Assembly (NCBI RefSeq): GCF_009914755.1
Contig: NC_060926.1
Strand: one strand, 5' to 3'
DNA length: 64,000 bases
Origin: the human T2T-CHM13v2.0 reference genome, Homo sapiens
The notes beneath the pieces were generated by a model, which was not told the origin of the DNA, ran no database searches, and worked only from the letters and a program-made list of their open reading frames with translations. The position numbers and the translations under genes are program-made. Shown piece after piece: positions 13,951 to 27,514 of this stretch (within the stretch, counting starts at the first letter, position 1; each line of letters starts with the position of its first letter).

Positions 13951-15684
13951 TCCCCAATTGGACTGCATTATCAAACACAGGCGCTGTGTACATCCTCCGT
14001 GCACCTGCCAGCAGATATCCTGGAGGGCTCATGAGTGAATTTAGTCCAAGATTTAAAGCCCCGCCCCCAGGTGCTCGGCCTGTGATCTGTATCCACTCAG
14101 CATGCACTTGGGCAGATGATTTGTCTGTGTGCTACCCTTCCCCCCACACTACCATACATATGCACTGTGTGGCTGCCAGTTAATCTGTGACCTGTTTTCT
14201 CCTGTCGTGTCAAGTAGGTAACGATCCCTGGTGACCACAGTCACCAGAAACAAGTGTTCGCCATGCAGAACATCACAGAGAGTACCTTAGGCATATCACA
14301 CCCTCTCCTGAGACTCCATAAGGGCTAGGGTACAATTCTAGACTGGGAGCATCTTTGCCTCACTGGATTTAGTAATTGCAGGTAAGCAGGACATTTTGAA
14401 GTTTCTCCTATGAATGAGTTGTTGAAAGGTTATGAGGATGGCTGAGATCCAAGAAAACCAACTAGATACCGCTCACCTCGGTGGCCGACCTATTCCTGGC
14501 TACTAGCCTGGCTCTGCTTACAGCGTGACACTATGTGTTGTGTGTCCCTGGGAATGAGGAGCATCAGTGAGGAGCAGACATGATTCCTGTCCTCTGGATA
14601 CCATAGTTCAGCCAGTGAAGGCAAACCTGAAGCTTCGGTTCCACAGCCTGTGCTGCTTGGTGAAGACTAAGGACAGGAGTCTCGATCCACAATAGCTGCC
14701 TCTCCAGGTGTTTTATTAGAGGCATGTGGATCATGTCCTGCACATCAGTTCTCCAACTTACAGACATCAGTTATTCTAGAGTTTGTTTTAAAACACGGTT
14801 TCTGTCTACTCCCCTCCTCCCCTGCCCTAAGGTATCTGATGATAATAGGTTAAGGATGGGATGGGGAATTTTCATTTCTATTATACTAAACAGCTTGAGT
14901 AATTTCTGCTGCAGAGGTCCAGCATCTGCACTTGAGGGAGCTCTATGCTACAGCTGGTAAGTTCTGATTAGGCCTTCGAAGACATCTTGAATACTACCTT
15001 GTTGCCCAAGTCGGATGATGCTGTTCTTTCACAGTGTAGCATTCACGTAGAACAGAATAGTAACAGCTCTCCTCCCATCAGCTCTAGCCCAGTGCTGCAA
15101 GCTGGAGCTTTGAGCAATAAGAACTCCAGCCAGGTCTCTTCTGAAAGAACAGCCAGCCATCTTCACATCCAGCTATGACCAAATCACTGTGGTCTAGCAC
15201 TCAGCAAGTCTCCAGTCCAGCACCTGGTAAAAAGCTTGCAGAGAGAACAAGGACACAGCAGAGGCATCTTTGCTATATCCCACAGTCTTGAAAAACTGTT
15301 AGGTTATTAATGAGTGGTGAGCTTTGGAGATTTTTAAAAATATGCTCTCAGGATGAGGATCAAACAGCATTTTGGTGAATATTTTATTCACCAAATGCTT
15401 TAAATATTATGTAAATATTTTATTTGCCAAATGCTTATAAATTGGAGTTTATAACTACTGAGATCTACTTATGTTCTTCAAAGTATGGTCATCACTTTTC
15501 CTTAGAATTGTCTAGACTGCAATTCCAATTGGACAGTGGAGGTTTTAGTGGAGGAGCACATCTTGACTTTTTTAGTCCCAGCATACGTGTTAAAAAAATG
15601 CTGAAAAAAGGCAGTATTAAAGTGCATAAGGTCAGATGTGTTCCTAGTTCCTGTCACATTTAGGAGATGTGATGAGGTCCCTTA

Positions 15685-16372
<688 letters not shown>

Positions 16373-17106
16373 TGAGTTTCTCCCCCTTTAATTTTAAACT
16401 TAGTGTCCTTTCCCCAACAAACTATCAGGAGCTATCCATGGGATTTTGTATTACCAAGGCATTAGAGATGTATACATTCATCTCATCTGAGCCTGCAACA
16501 GCCCTGTGATGAGACAAGAGAACTTGGAACAAGCATTGGAATGAGGTTAGCACTGCCTTATCTCCCTGTGTGATCTCAGGGATAGTACAGCCTCATCTGT
16601 CCCATTCATTCGGCAAATATTTACTGAATGTCTTGTAGGTGTGATGAGTACTCTAGGGATTAAAAATAAGTACACGTTTTTCCCAGTAGTGAAAATTCAT
16701 GGAACTGCACACAAAATATCTGTACCTTTCTGTAACATCATACTTCAACTAAGTTAATGAAATTTTATCTTTAATGTAATTTTTAAAATGAATACACCAT
16801 CCACCTCTTCAAGAAAGTTACATTCTAATAAACTCTATATACACAAAACTACCTATAACTATACTATTTTAAAAAGCTGTAAATAGGCAAGCTCAGAATA
16901 CCCCAACCTCCACCCTCTGCTTTTAGGAAGGAGGCAAAGAAATGATAGGGCTCAGCAAAACCCATGGGCCCTAGGCTAGTCCCATATAATTTTTTAACCA
17001 TATGATAAAGCCCCTCAAGAAATCACTGGGAGATTTGAGCAAGGTTTAAGTTGAAATAATTAGGCATCAGCAAACCATAATCACAACAGCAGGGACGTGG
17101 CTGCTG

Positions 17107-18317
17107 CTCCAAATCTGCCTAACGAAGGCAGCACAATCTTTAATACCTGTGCAGCTTTGTAAATGGAGACAGGATACTCTCTTTTGAAAGCTGAGATTCC
17201 CTGTCCAGTCTGGGGGAGGAAAAAATGGGCCTGGTAACCCTCATAGCCCCTGTCCCTAAGAGAATGCTTGACATGTAGCACACTCTCAAACTTGTTCAAT
17301 AGTTGAAAGGCAGATACGGAATACTTGTTTTCTAGGTAGGTAGTCAGTTTTGCCCAGAAACTGGAAAACAAATGCCTAGTTTCCCTTCTAGCCCAAAGAT
17401 GTCACTGCCTCTTTGTTCAAAGTTGGACATAACAATTGCCACTACTGGCGACCATGTATTAAGTGCCTATTATGTGCCAGGCAGTATTTTAAAAATCTGT
17501 TGTTATAGTTCCAGGGGACAGGTGCTGCACCTTTACAAATAGAGGTTATTTGTAAATAAAGTGCAGGCCAATGGCACAAAGTAGTGAAGGTGGGATTCAC
17601 TCAGGTCTGTCACTTCCAAGCCCATGTTTTCTACTTTGCAACCCTATTTGAAAGGAAAACTGCAACTAAGATTATGACCCATGAGACAACTTATGTGTGA
17701 GACAAAAAGTTTCACACCTCCCCCCACCCCAAACACACACGGTATAACACAGTGACCCAACCTTAGGCAAAAGGGTACCACTGCCAGCAAATGCATTTAA
17801 CATTTTATTGAGATTCTCAACAGCTGCCATTTGGTTTGTATAGCAAATTTTTTACAAAGTAACTTTTTTCCATTTTTGATATTTTTATGAAAATTATTTT
17901 CTTCAGTTTTAAAGCCCTGTCCCTCCCCCAAAGAAGGATTAATAACTACCAAGTAAGGATTATTTAGGAGAAAAACAAAAGCAAAAACAGCTTTATAAAC
18001 ACTTGTGAAACAGGGGTAAGTGTCCGAAGTCAAGACCTTCTGGGCCCAGTGGAGGTGCTGGGCTGCTCCAGGACACCATCACCACTTCACCATCCACAAC
18101 ATCCTCAAGAGCTGAGCAGCCCTGCACAGACCCTGGGGGGCTTCCTGTTCCACAAGCTCCACTCCCTTTTTCCTCTCCATCTTTGCTGTTGGGCCTCCCC
18201 TCCAAATCTGCCTAACAAAGGCAGCACGATCTTTAATACCTGTGCAGCTTTGTAAATGGAGCCAGGATACTCTATTTTGAAAGTTGAGATTCCCTATCCA
18301 GTCTGGGGGAGGAAAAA
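17107..18317 (+). repeat. 118-bp direct duplication (17107-17224 and 18200-18317)
   Basis: Manual alignment: 6 substitutions in 118 bp, offset 1093 bp. Confidence 0.95.
17804..17809 (-). terminator. Distal polyadenylation signal AATAAA of PAIP2B
   Basis: tttatt on + strand. The minus-strand downstream sequence is GU-rich (CACTGTGTTATACCGTGTGTGTTTGGGG) and the upstream sequence is AU-rich. Confidence 0.75.
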
Positions 18318-18614
18318 TTATCCAATGTAGCATGGATGGTTTCACTTTCTTGTCCACTCAGACACATGCTCATACTTATTAAATGGATTTATTGGATGCT
18401 TCAAAAGTCCTGATGTGTAGTAGCACAAAAGTTCCTTGTAAAAAAAGAAGTTGCAAAATTATAAAAATTTCTGCAGCAGTTCTGGCTCTGGATGACAAAG
18501 CTCATTCTGATTAGTAGTTTTTTTGACATGCACAGCAGCTTCCCCTATAAGTCCTACGTTCGGAGGGTTCCGTTTAGACAACAGGAAGTTGGAATCCAAG
18601 TTTAAAAGGCTCTC

Positions 18615-19010
18615 TGCTGACAAAATGTGGTACATCCATCAACAGAATTCTACTCAGCAATAAAAGGAACAAACTACCAAGACGTTATCTGTCATGGACA
18701 AACCTCAAAAACATTAGCTAAGTAAAAAAGCCAGACCCAAGGGACCACATATTGTATGATTCCATTGATTTGAACTGTCCAGAAAGGGCAAATTTATAGA
18801 GAAAGTAGATTAGTGGTTGCCGGGGGTAAGAACAGGATTAACTGTAAAAGAGCATGAAGGATCTTATTGGGAGGGATAAAAATGTTCTAAAACTGAGTAA
18901 TAGTTACAGCTACACCACTGAGGGAAGTTACTAAAATCACTGAAATGTACACTTGAAATGGGTGTTTTATGATATGTAACATATGCCTCATTAAAGTTGT
19001 TTTAAGAAAA
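18615..19010 (+). mobile_element. Old L1 (L1M) 3' end within the PAIP2B 3'UTR
   Basis: acaaaatgtggtacatccat...tactcagcaataaaaggaac...tacacttgaaatgggtg...attaaagttg. Confidence 0.8.
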
Positions 19011-20332
19011 GGATTCCCTGCCTCCCAAACCATCCTTCAAGCATTAAACATTTTTGGAGGCTCATAATCAACAGGACAGAATAACTACTTAGTGATGATT
19101 TACAGAGTGAAATATTTTACTGTTTTGTAGTAAGCACATTTTAGTAACTGTACACTAGTACAATGTTTTTAAGATTTTATCTCATTTTTGTCATATTAGC
19201 CTAAAATGTTTATTTTTATTTAAAAAGTAGCCAATAGGAAGGTAAGATTGGGGAGAAAGCTCAGTAAATGTCACAAAAGAGACTCCTAGTAACACAATCT
19301 GAGGGAGCTTTTTCTTTTGAAATAAAGATGGTGCATCTGTCCCTTTACAGATTTCTCTCCTGTCCCCTGGGACTGGGGAAGGTGAATCTCCTGCCTGACA
19401 CCTTGTAGAGATTAGTGTATCCAGCTATTCTATTGCCACGATGCCTCTAAAAACCAGACTGACTGGGAACAGCAGTAGGGGGTTGGCCAGTGAGGGCAGG
19501 TGACTAAGTGGTGTGCAGGAAACTCGCATGTTTCCCTGGGTTGGCTTCCTGCTCCCCTGTCCCTGTCACCAATAGCAGCTTCATTGTGAGAAGATTAAAA
19601 CAAAGGAAAAAAACCCAAAAAAACTGTTTCCAAATTGTAACTAACCAAGTCTGTGTAGGAAATTCACAAGGCAGCAGAGCAGAGGCTGCAGAGGTGCTCT
19701 GTCTACCGGGAGAACTAATGATCCCTGTGAGCAATGCAGGGTGCAATGAGTCACATGGGGAAATGTGGACAGAGGCAGAAGGACATCAAGGCCCCCACTA
19801 CACACCAAATTAGAGTCAATCCTCCTGTTCTCCCCACCCACTTCGCAAACTAATGACGTCCGCGTTATCCCAGAGGAGAGTGGCTAGGGACACTCAGTCC
19901 TTCCCAATTATGTGGACGTCTCCAAATCTTGGTCAAATCTGTCAGATTTCTAACAGTTTCAATACCTCAATATCACCTAAACTGAGAAAGATTATTAGCC
20001 CGTGATGGTGGGACCCTTATTGACGAAGGCCTGCCCCCTCCTCACAGTTGGGTAGATTCCTGGGTTCCTGATGGTTCAGGAGCCTGGGCTGTCATTTGTC
20101 TACCTGGGGTTTGCAGCAGCCCTAGTACAAGAAGATTCATTCGTGCTGTTTACTTTGGCAGCCTCTTCACACAACTTTCCTCTCTAACACGTGTTAATTA
20201 TCAGAGTATTCACCTCACCTCCTTACTTCCCAGCTTCTCCAAAATCAAAGCAATAGTAATAAACAATTTGGAAAATGTTGCTTAGTATTTTAAGCCATGG
20301 TTAGCATTATAACCTTAATTAAAGAGACCCCA

Positions 20333-20654
<322 letters not shown>

Positions 20655-23539
20655 GAGGGACCCCAGCTGCTGTGACTTTGGAAACTAAAGGTGTTAACAA
20701 AGGTCAAGCCTTTCCTTAGGATCGTTTCTGGTTTCACCCTTATGTGATTCCCAAAACTCAACTATTATTGTCAGAAACTGGCCCAAAGACCCAGGGCTGC
20801 ATTTGCCCAGGCCTAGGCTGTATCCTTGAATTTTCTGCTGCAGTTCAAAGGCCTGGAGAAACTGAAAATGCATTCATTTGGGTTTTTTCCCTTGAAAAGA
20901 AAGAGATAAATTATTTTCATCTTGGAATTTTAGAGTTGAATAAATAATCCCAATAATTACAGATCAATCACTAATAAACTAACATTGGGACCAGCCAGAT
21001 TGGCAACTGTTAGAAATACATGTTCCATTTCTATACAAATTCTCAAACTTCTAGTTGCCAATTTAAAAAAGTTTAAACAAAGTAGTGGCTTAAATTCAAC
21101 ATCAAAATTACCCCTTATAAATACAAGTCTTACCATTAAAGGGTAAAGGTGTCCAGTCTGGCTTGCTGGTTCTTCTTCTGTGAGAAAAGTCACTGACAGC
21201 CAGAGGCTCCCAGCCTTTCCCCAGTGAAGGTCCAACAAGACACACATGCATTTTCTGCTAAGAAGGTAGCAAACTCTAACTAGCCTGTGTTGTGAGTGAC
21301 AATTGTGCCCCTACCTCCCAACATAAATAGATGGCAAAAAGAGTTGGACTACAAGAGGAACCGCCGGAAGCAGAGTCCTATGCATTTAAAAAAGAATCAA
21401 TTTGCTAGCTGCTTCCTATACCTGGAGTCAGTATGTTCAGTGTCTGAAGAAGACTAGAAATGCCAGCCCTCAGTGTCCATGCTAAACTGGCAGGAAGTTT
21501 TCATAGTCCTGAAGACTGACATCCAAAACAGACCAGCACAGCAGAAGGAAAGACAAGCTCCTTTCTCTCTGCAATCCCAACGCATTTCTAACAGCCTTCG
21601 GAATTCTGAGCTTGGACAGGCTCACGAGGATGAAGGAGGAAAAGCAGTCCCAGAAGGGAGAGATTTCCTCTATGCACTTGCAATGCCCTTTCCCTTTTAG
21701 AGGAAACAACCCAGCTGAAAGCTGAAGCTTGAATAAAGAAGTTTCTTTATTCATAGTCCTCTCTGAAAAAGAGTTAACAGTTTCATTCTCTCAACATAGA
21801 GGCTTTGGGAATTAATGTGTCTGTCTGGTAATGCAAGTTCTCTAAGCTACTCTCCTATGACATGTGACCTAACAAGGAAGGCAATTTTTTCAAATGATAT
21901 AATCCTAAAGACTCAAATAGGAAAAAATGTGTATTTTAAATCTGGCATTAGCTTATCACTGTTCAAAAAGTCAACGAGAGCTCATAAGGAGAATTTCTTC
22001 AGCTTTCCATACCCTAGTCCTTTCCTTCCAACCTCTGTCCCACAGCCACATACTGAATTTATACCAACTTTGTTTCAAGTTACATATCTTTTCCCTATTA
22101 GGCCTATCACACAGCACAGTAGCAATCAGAAAGAAGCCACTATTATCTTCAGGGCTCTCCAATTCCTCATCCCTGGGAGAATGGCCTGGATGGCTCTCCT
22201 GTACCCCACACTGCCATCTACATCTCTATACACGAAGGTAGCTCCTGGCACCCAGTTTAGTTCCTTAGGGGTAGCAACAAAAGACCCCAGCAAGTTAAAG
22301 GCAGGAAAGACAAAGAAACACACCCTAAGAGGTCAATCTACAAAACTTGCAAAGCTGGGTATGTGGGAACAGTAAAATGTTTTAATAGCTGAAAAGATCC
22401 CAGAAGGTCAGGTACACAGTCACATGGGTCAAGCAGGACTCACTTTCCTAGGCTGATTTTGAGTTCCTTTCCATAATTCTGTAATGTGGGAAGAAATATC
22501 CAAACTGTGAACTGAGCTTCTTACTAGTGTCCTGAAAAATATTTCCTTAAAAAAGTGCATAAACTTGTCTGAGGGAATTAAGACACCAGGAAGACCAAGT
22601 GTTGATGAGGCTGGAAAAAAAAACTGTCCAAATAAAATTAAGACACAACAGATTCAAGGATGACTTCTGCAGGCTCATGCTAATTGCCAGCACAGCAGGC
22701 CTCCCCTATGCCTTTGGTAGCAGTATCTTTTCTTAAAAAGGAGGCTGGGGAATAGACTTCATGAAAGATGAGGTGGCAGATCAACCCTAGTGCTCTTCTA
22801 CTTATAAATGGTGAGTCTGATGGTGGTGGTGAACACAGGCTTATGAACAGGACAACAGTAACTAAATGACTCAAGTGACAACCACCATCACAGCCCTACC
22901 TTCTGATTTACAACTTTCAACAATCATCAAAAGTTACTGTAAACTAAGTACTTTAAGTCTGTGTTTTCTTGAATGGGGTTCAGGACAAACAGGCAAGGGC
23001 TTGACAGCACATTGGTTATCCGAGTTCATTGCAGGAGACCCCGGGGGTGGGGCAGCTGAGCCTCAAATTCCAGTTTGCACCACCTGCTCTTTCTGCTTGT
23101 CCCTTTTCCCATCCAACTCAATAGATTCCACAAAAAGCTCTCCAGGTGCTCACTGTCCCTGATAAGTATACAGCAGGGTGAGAGGGGCATTTCCTAAATA
23201 TCCAGTTTTTCTTAGTCAGCTTATTTTGTTTAAATACACACCGCGGAACACTTCTGATGAAGGGGGGAAAATGCAATTTCCTTAACTCGAAAGAGCTATT
23301 TAAAAAAACAAAACAGGAAACTCCCCAAACAAAAGTCAGCAGAACAAAATAGAAATACTCAGAGGCTTAGAATAAGACTGAGCATATTAGTTACTCAGAG
23401 TCACAGTATCGTGAGACCACCACTCCCCTTCCCGCTGTGCACCCCTCGCCCGCCCCATCCCCCTCTTCAGCTCCACCATTTTGTGCATTACTATCCCCAG
23501 ATGTGGGGACAGACAAGTCTTCCTCAAAGCTTTCTCGGC

Positions 23540-23596
23540 TCAGTACTTCTCTCCTGGAATAAACTCCTTGGCATCTGGGTTCAGGTTACTTTTGCT
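23540..23596 (-). CDS. PAIP2B: PAIP2B coding part of last exon (aa 106-123; PAM2 motif) and TGA stop
   Basis: SKSNLNPDAKEFIPGEKY* contains the PAM2 consensus LNPxAxEFxP. Acceptor tcttatttcAG|AGC. Spliced total is 46+59+18=123 aa. Too short for the ORF track. Confidence 0.96.
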   Translation of the reverse strand, partial: SKSNLNPDAKEFIPGEKY

Positions 23597-24065
23597 CTGA
23601 AATAAGAACCAAGAGATAGTAAATCCTAAGGCAAGCTGCATTTTAAAACTTACCCAGTCCATCATTATCAGTACCTTCCCCTTAGCTTTAGGGAGAGAAA
23701 GAAAATTCCTTGTAACTCAGGCTGTTATTGCTAGGTTATCTCAACTGCACCTGACATAGCCCTGAGCAAGCTCATCTTCTCCTTCCTTCTTTGGACTCTT
23801 GTTTCCTTCCTGATGCTTTCCAAAATCTCATCAGAGGCCTGTAAGTTCAACTCCAAGAATAATTTTTCAATTCACTGAGTACCTTAACTTGGTGAAAACC
23901 AGGGTACTCCATCAGACCAGGCTGGATACCACAATCTCTATTTTTCTTCATCTTTCTGTACTCTCTTTGGTTCTCTACTCTCTTGTGAATATCCAAAACC
24001 TTAGCAAACCACAGGGCAAGATTGTTCAGAATATGAGTTGTGTGAAAACTATATTGCTCACAGAC

Positions 24066-24373
24066 TTTTTTTTTTTTTTTTTTTTTGAGACAGTCTTGCT
24101 CTGTTGCCCAGGCTGGAGTGCAGTGGTGCAATCTTGGCTCACTGCAAACTCCGCCTCCCTCTGCCTCCCAGGTTCAAGCAATTCTCCTGCTTTAGCCTTC
24201 CAAGCTGGGACTACAGGCGCGCACCACCATGCCTGGCTAATTTTTGTATTTTTTTAGTAGATATGGGGTTTCCATGTTGGCCAGGCTGGTCTTGAACTCC
24301 AGACCTCAGGTGATCCACCCGCCTCAGCCTCCCAAAGTGCTGGGATTACAGGCGTGAGCCACCGTGCCCAGCC
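24066..24373 (-). mobile_element. AluS in intron 3
   Basis: TSD tgctcacagactt at 24055-24067 and 24374-24386. Confidence 0.95.
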
Positions 24374-24905
24374 TGCTCACAGACTTCTGATGTTACATAA
24401 ATATGAAAGGCAGGAAATTAATTTATCTGGTTTTCTAATTCTAAGTGGAGAAAATGACCTCTCAGGAGTACATTTCTTCCAAAATGAACAGCTAATTTTT
24501 ATAACAGAATCATTTAGAAGTATATTAAATACAGATTTGAGGGACAGTAAAAGAGAAGAATAGCAACAAATGATATTTGAGAAGAAACTTCTTCAGTGTT
24601 CAAATTGTTATCCTTAATCCCAATTCTACTTTGAAGAGCCCATTAGAAAGTAAAGGTTGGTGGCGTCCAATCTTGGCAAGTAAAAAGCCCGTGATGCTGG
24701 CAACAGTAATGTTTTATAGTGCTTTATGAGGAGCAATGCATCTTTAATGCACCCCTTATTAATAATGCCCATAAAACGAGCAAAGAAACAACAGCTCACA
24801 GGGCTCCAGACTTGTTGAGGGTTGTAGGGCTGGAAAGAAAGTCTGTCATTCCAAATCCTATATTCTTTTCACTACATAACCTGGGGAACTACATATGGCT
24901 CTTAC

Positions 24906-25082
24906 CAAAATATCTTCAGAATCATGACCTTCACTGACTGACAGTCCATTTAACTGCTGTTGCAACTGTCCCATGGCCTGAGGCAGGTCTCGTGATGGAA
25001 TAAACCAGTCTTGGTCTTCTTCATCCAGCATCTCTTGGAAGCAGCGGTCCAAGAAGTCTTGCTCCTGCAGTTCCTCCTCCAC
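24906..25082 (-). CDS. PAIP2B: PAIP2B coding exon 3 (aa 47-105; acidic PAM1 region)
   Basis: VEEELQEQDFLDRCFQEMLDEEDQDWFIPSRDLPQAMGQLQQQLNGLSVSEGHDSEDIL. Acceptor cttgctAG|GTG, donor TTG|GTAAG; 177 nt, phase 0. Confidence 0.97.
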
Positions 25083-25197
25083 CTAGCAAGCAAAGGGGAG
25101 CAGCTCAGACTTACTGTCACAGCAAGACTTACCCCTTCCAGTTTTTCCTCCACCTCTTTCCTTCAGAAGGTATTACTCTGCAATTAAGAATGATCTT

Positions 25198-25505
25198 GAG
25201 CTGGGTGTGGTGGCTCACAACTGTAATCCCAGCAGTTTGGGAGACTGAGGCAGGAGGATTGCTTGAGGCCAGGAGGTTTGAGACCAGCCTGAGCAACATA
25301 GCATGACCCTGCCTCTACAAAAAAAATTTTAAAATTAGCCAGGCCATAGTGGTGTGTGCCTGTAGTCTCAGCTACTTGGGAGACTGAGGCTGGAGGACAA
25401 CTTGAATGCAGGAGGTCAAGGCTTCATTGAGCCAAGACTGCGCCACTGCACTTCAGTCTGGGCGACAGAATGAGACCCCGATTCTTTAAAAAATAAAAAT
25501 ATATT
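25198..25505 (+). mobile_element. AluJ in intron 2
   Basis: Diverged dimeric Alu. Confidence 0.9.
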
Positions 25506-27274
25506 TAAAAAAAAGATTTTATGATCTTACATGAGGTCCAAGGGATCTAAGGATTCAATGCGCCTAATGACTAGCTAGAGATAGCATAATTTTTATTTTT
25601 TCTCAACCAAATTCTATCACTAATAAGACTAAGAAAATAGTTATTCACAGTAACAGAAATTCAAGGTCTCCGCAGATGTTCTACGATCTCTAATAGGTGA
25701 TACAGATATCATGGAAAATCATTTTAGAGCCTAAAATTCTTTTCTCAGTCTTGTTACAAAGTAACCCTTCTTAAATTTCCCATTTTATAAGAAATATGAA
25801 AAAGATACTGCAAGTATATAACTAGTTCATGACCTGGCTAGTGGAGATAAAATCAAAGCCAATGCTCTCAGCTTCTGGCCATTTTTTGGGTAAGGAAACC
25901 CTCAAGGGAGAAAAATACTTTCAGAACATTAGGAAGACATAAAGAACACTTTTTGGCATACCAATAGAAAATTACATAATCAATGTAGTATTCTTTCAAA
26001 AGATGAAATATATGAATATTCAAACAATTCTGCATTTCTTAAACATTGCCCTAAACTAAAGCAATATATATCTAGGATATTTTACACTGCTTTGCAGACA
26101 TTGTTAACTCTTAGTATAGAGTGTGGTTCACTCTGCAGATTTCAGTGTCTTTGATAGGCCTCTTGCTTCATGTTTGGCATCCCTTTCCTGCAGGCTGCCT
26201 GGTGACAGATTCACAGCTCACTAGCACCACCACCAGAAATGAGGTCAAGCAAAAAATAATTTCCCAAATTGGAATATACAGTTACCTAATTAATTCAGAG
26301 GAAAAGTTACTGGTAGTGAGACTTAAGAATAGTATTTGAACACTACAATTAGCCACACGTGAAAACTAGACAGTTATGAAGTGCTTAATAAAATATTCTC
26401 ATGCCACAAGATGTAACATGACCATTTGAGAGCTGCCCTGACTCTATGAGAGCATAACAGCATGCTAGCTCTTATTAAATTTACCCCTGTTCACTGGCAC
26501 AACCAATGAAAATGGTTGCTGGGCACAGAGGTGTAACAGAAACATGCTACGTGCAATTCACACAGATCCCGACAGAGCCACATTAGGTGGAAATTGCTGT
26601 CTGTCCCCTTTAAACTTGTTTCCTTCTTCCCAGAGCACCAGGCTGTTCAGTTAAAATCACATTTGTCACCTTACATGCTGTATATGGCCAAGTGACTATT
26701 CATCACAAAATGTTCCCACAAGGGACATGGACACTTTGGCATCCCTTGGTTAAAAGAAGACCCCTTGCCATGGCCTTTGGTGCTCTCCCTTTCCCAGCTG
26801 CTGGACTTCCCAGTTTTCCCTCAGCCACGCAGCTGATATATGCCCTGGGGGTGGCAGAGCAATACCGTGGAAGGGACCAAGTGGGCACCAGATCACTTGT
26901 CTATCCAGAATGCTTACCTTGGACTGTTAACCTCACAGATATAAAACAATGCGTTACTGCTGAATCTTTGCTGAAGTAGTCTAGCCAACCCTCACCTCAT
27001 GTACTTCTCTATTTCAGACTCACATCCTGCCAATCCCGAGTTCCCATTTGAGGCATGCCATGCTGACCTGTCTGCATATAGCTGCTGTTTCCCACAAATC
27101 TACACCCAATAACACAGGGCATTAGACCAAAACAACTTCCTTTCATAAAATAAATTTCCTCACCTTTTCCCATTAACACAAATTTTCCATGAAAACACTG
27201 CAAAAGGAGAGCAGAAACTAGATTTTTAGGAACTGGACTTAACCACATATGATTAATGAAAAATATTATATATG

Positions 27275-27514
27275 GGCACACGTTTTATTGCATTTTGCTG
27301 TATTTTGCTTCATAGATACTGCATTTTTTTTTTTTTTTTTTACAAATTGAAGGTTTGTGGCAACCTTGCATCAAGCAAGCCTATTGGCGCCTTTTTATCA
27401 ACAGCATGTGCTCAATGTCTGTGTCACATTTTGGTAATTCTCTCAATTTTTCAAACTTTTTCATTATTATTATATCTGTTATAGTGCTCTGTAATCAGTA
27501 ATCTTTGATGTTAC
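27275..27514 (+). mobile_element. Tigger1 fragment (resumes at ~34035-34118 after the L1)
   Basis: tacaaattgaaggtttgtggcaaccttgcatcaagcaag and gaaatgacaacgaaggatttagaatattacat...ttgataaagcagtagcagggtttgagag are Tigger1-like. Confidence 0.75.

Noticed and set aside
21815-22375. 186-aa plus-strand ORF, the longest in the track
   Set aside because: Antisense to the PAIP2B 3'UTR, with no recognisable homology or promoter; consistent with chance.
23530-23545. Stop-codon readthrough of PAIP2B
   Set aside because: Context is TGA-GCCG, not the TGA-CTAG readthrough motif.
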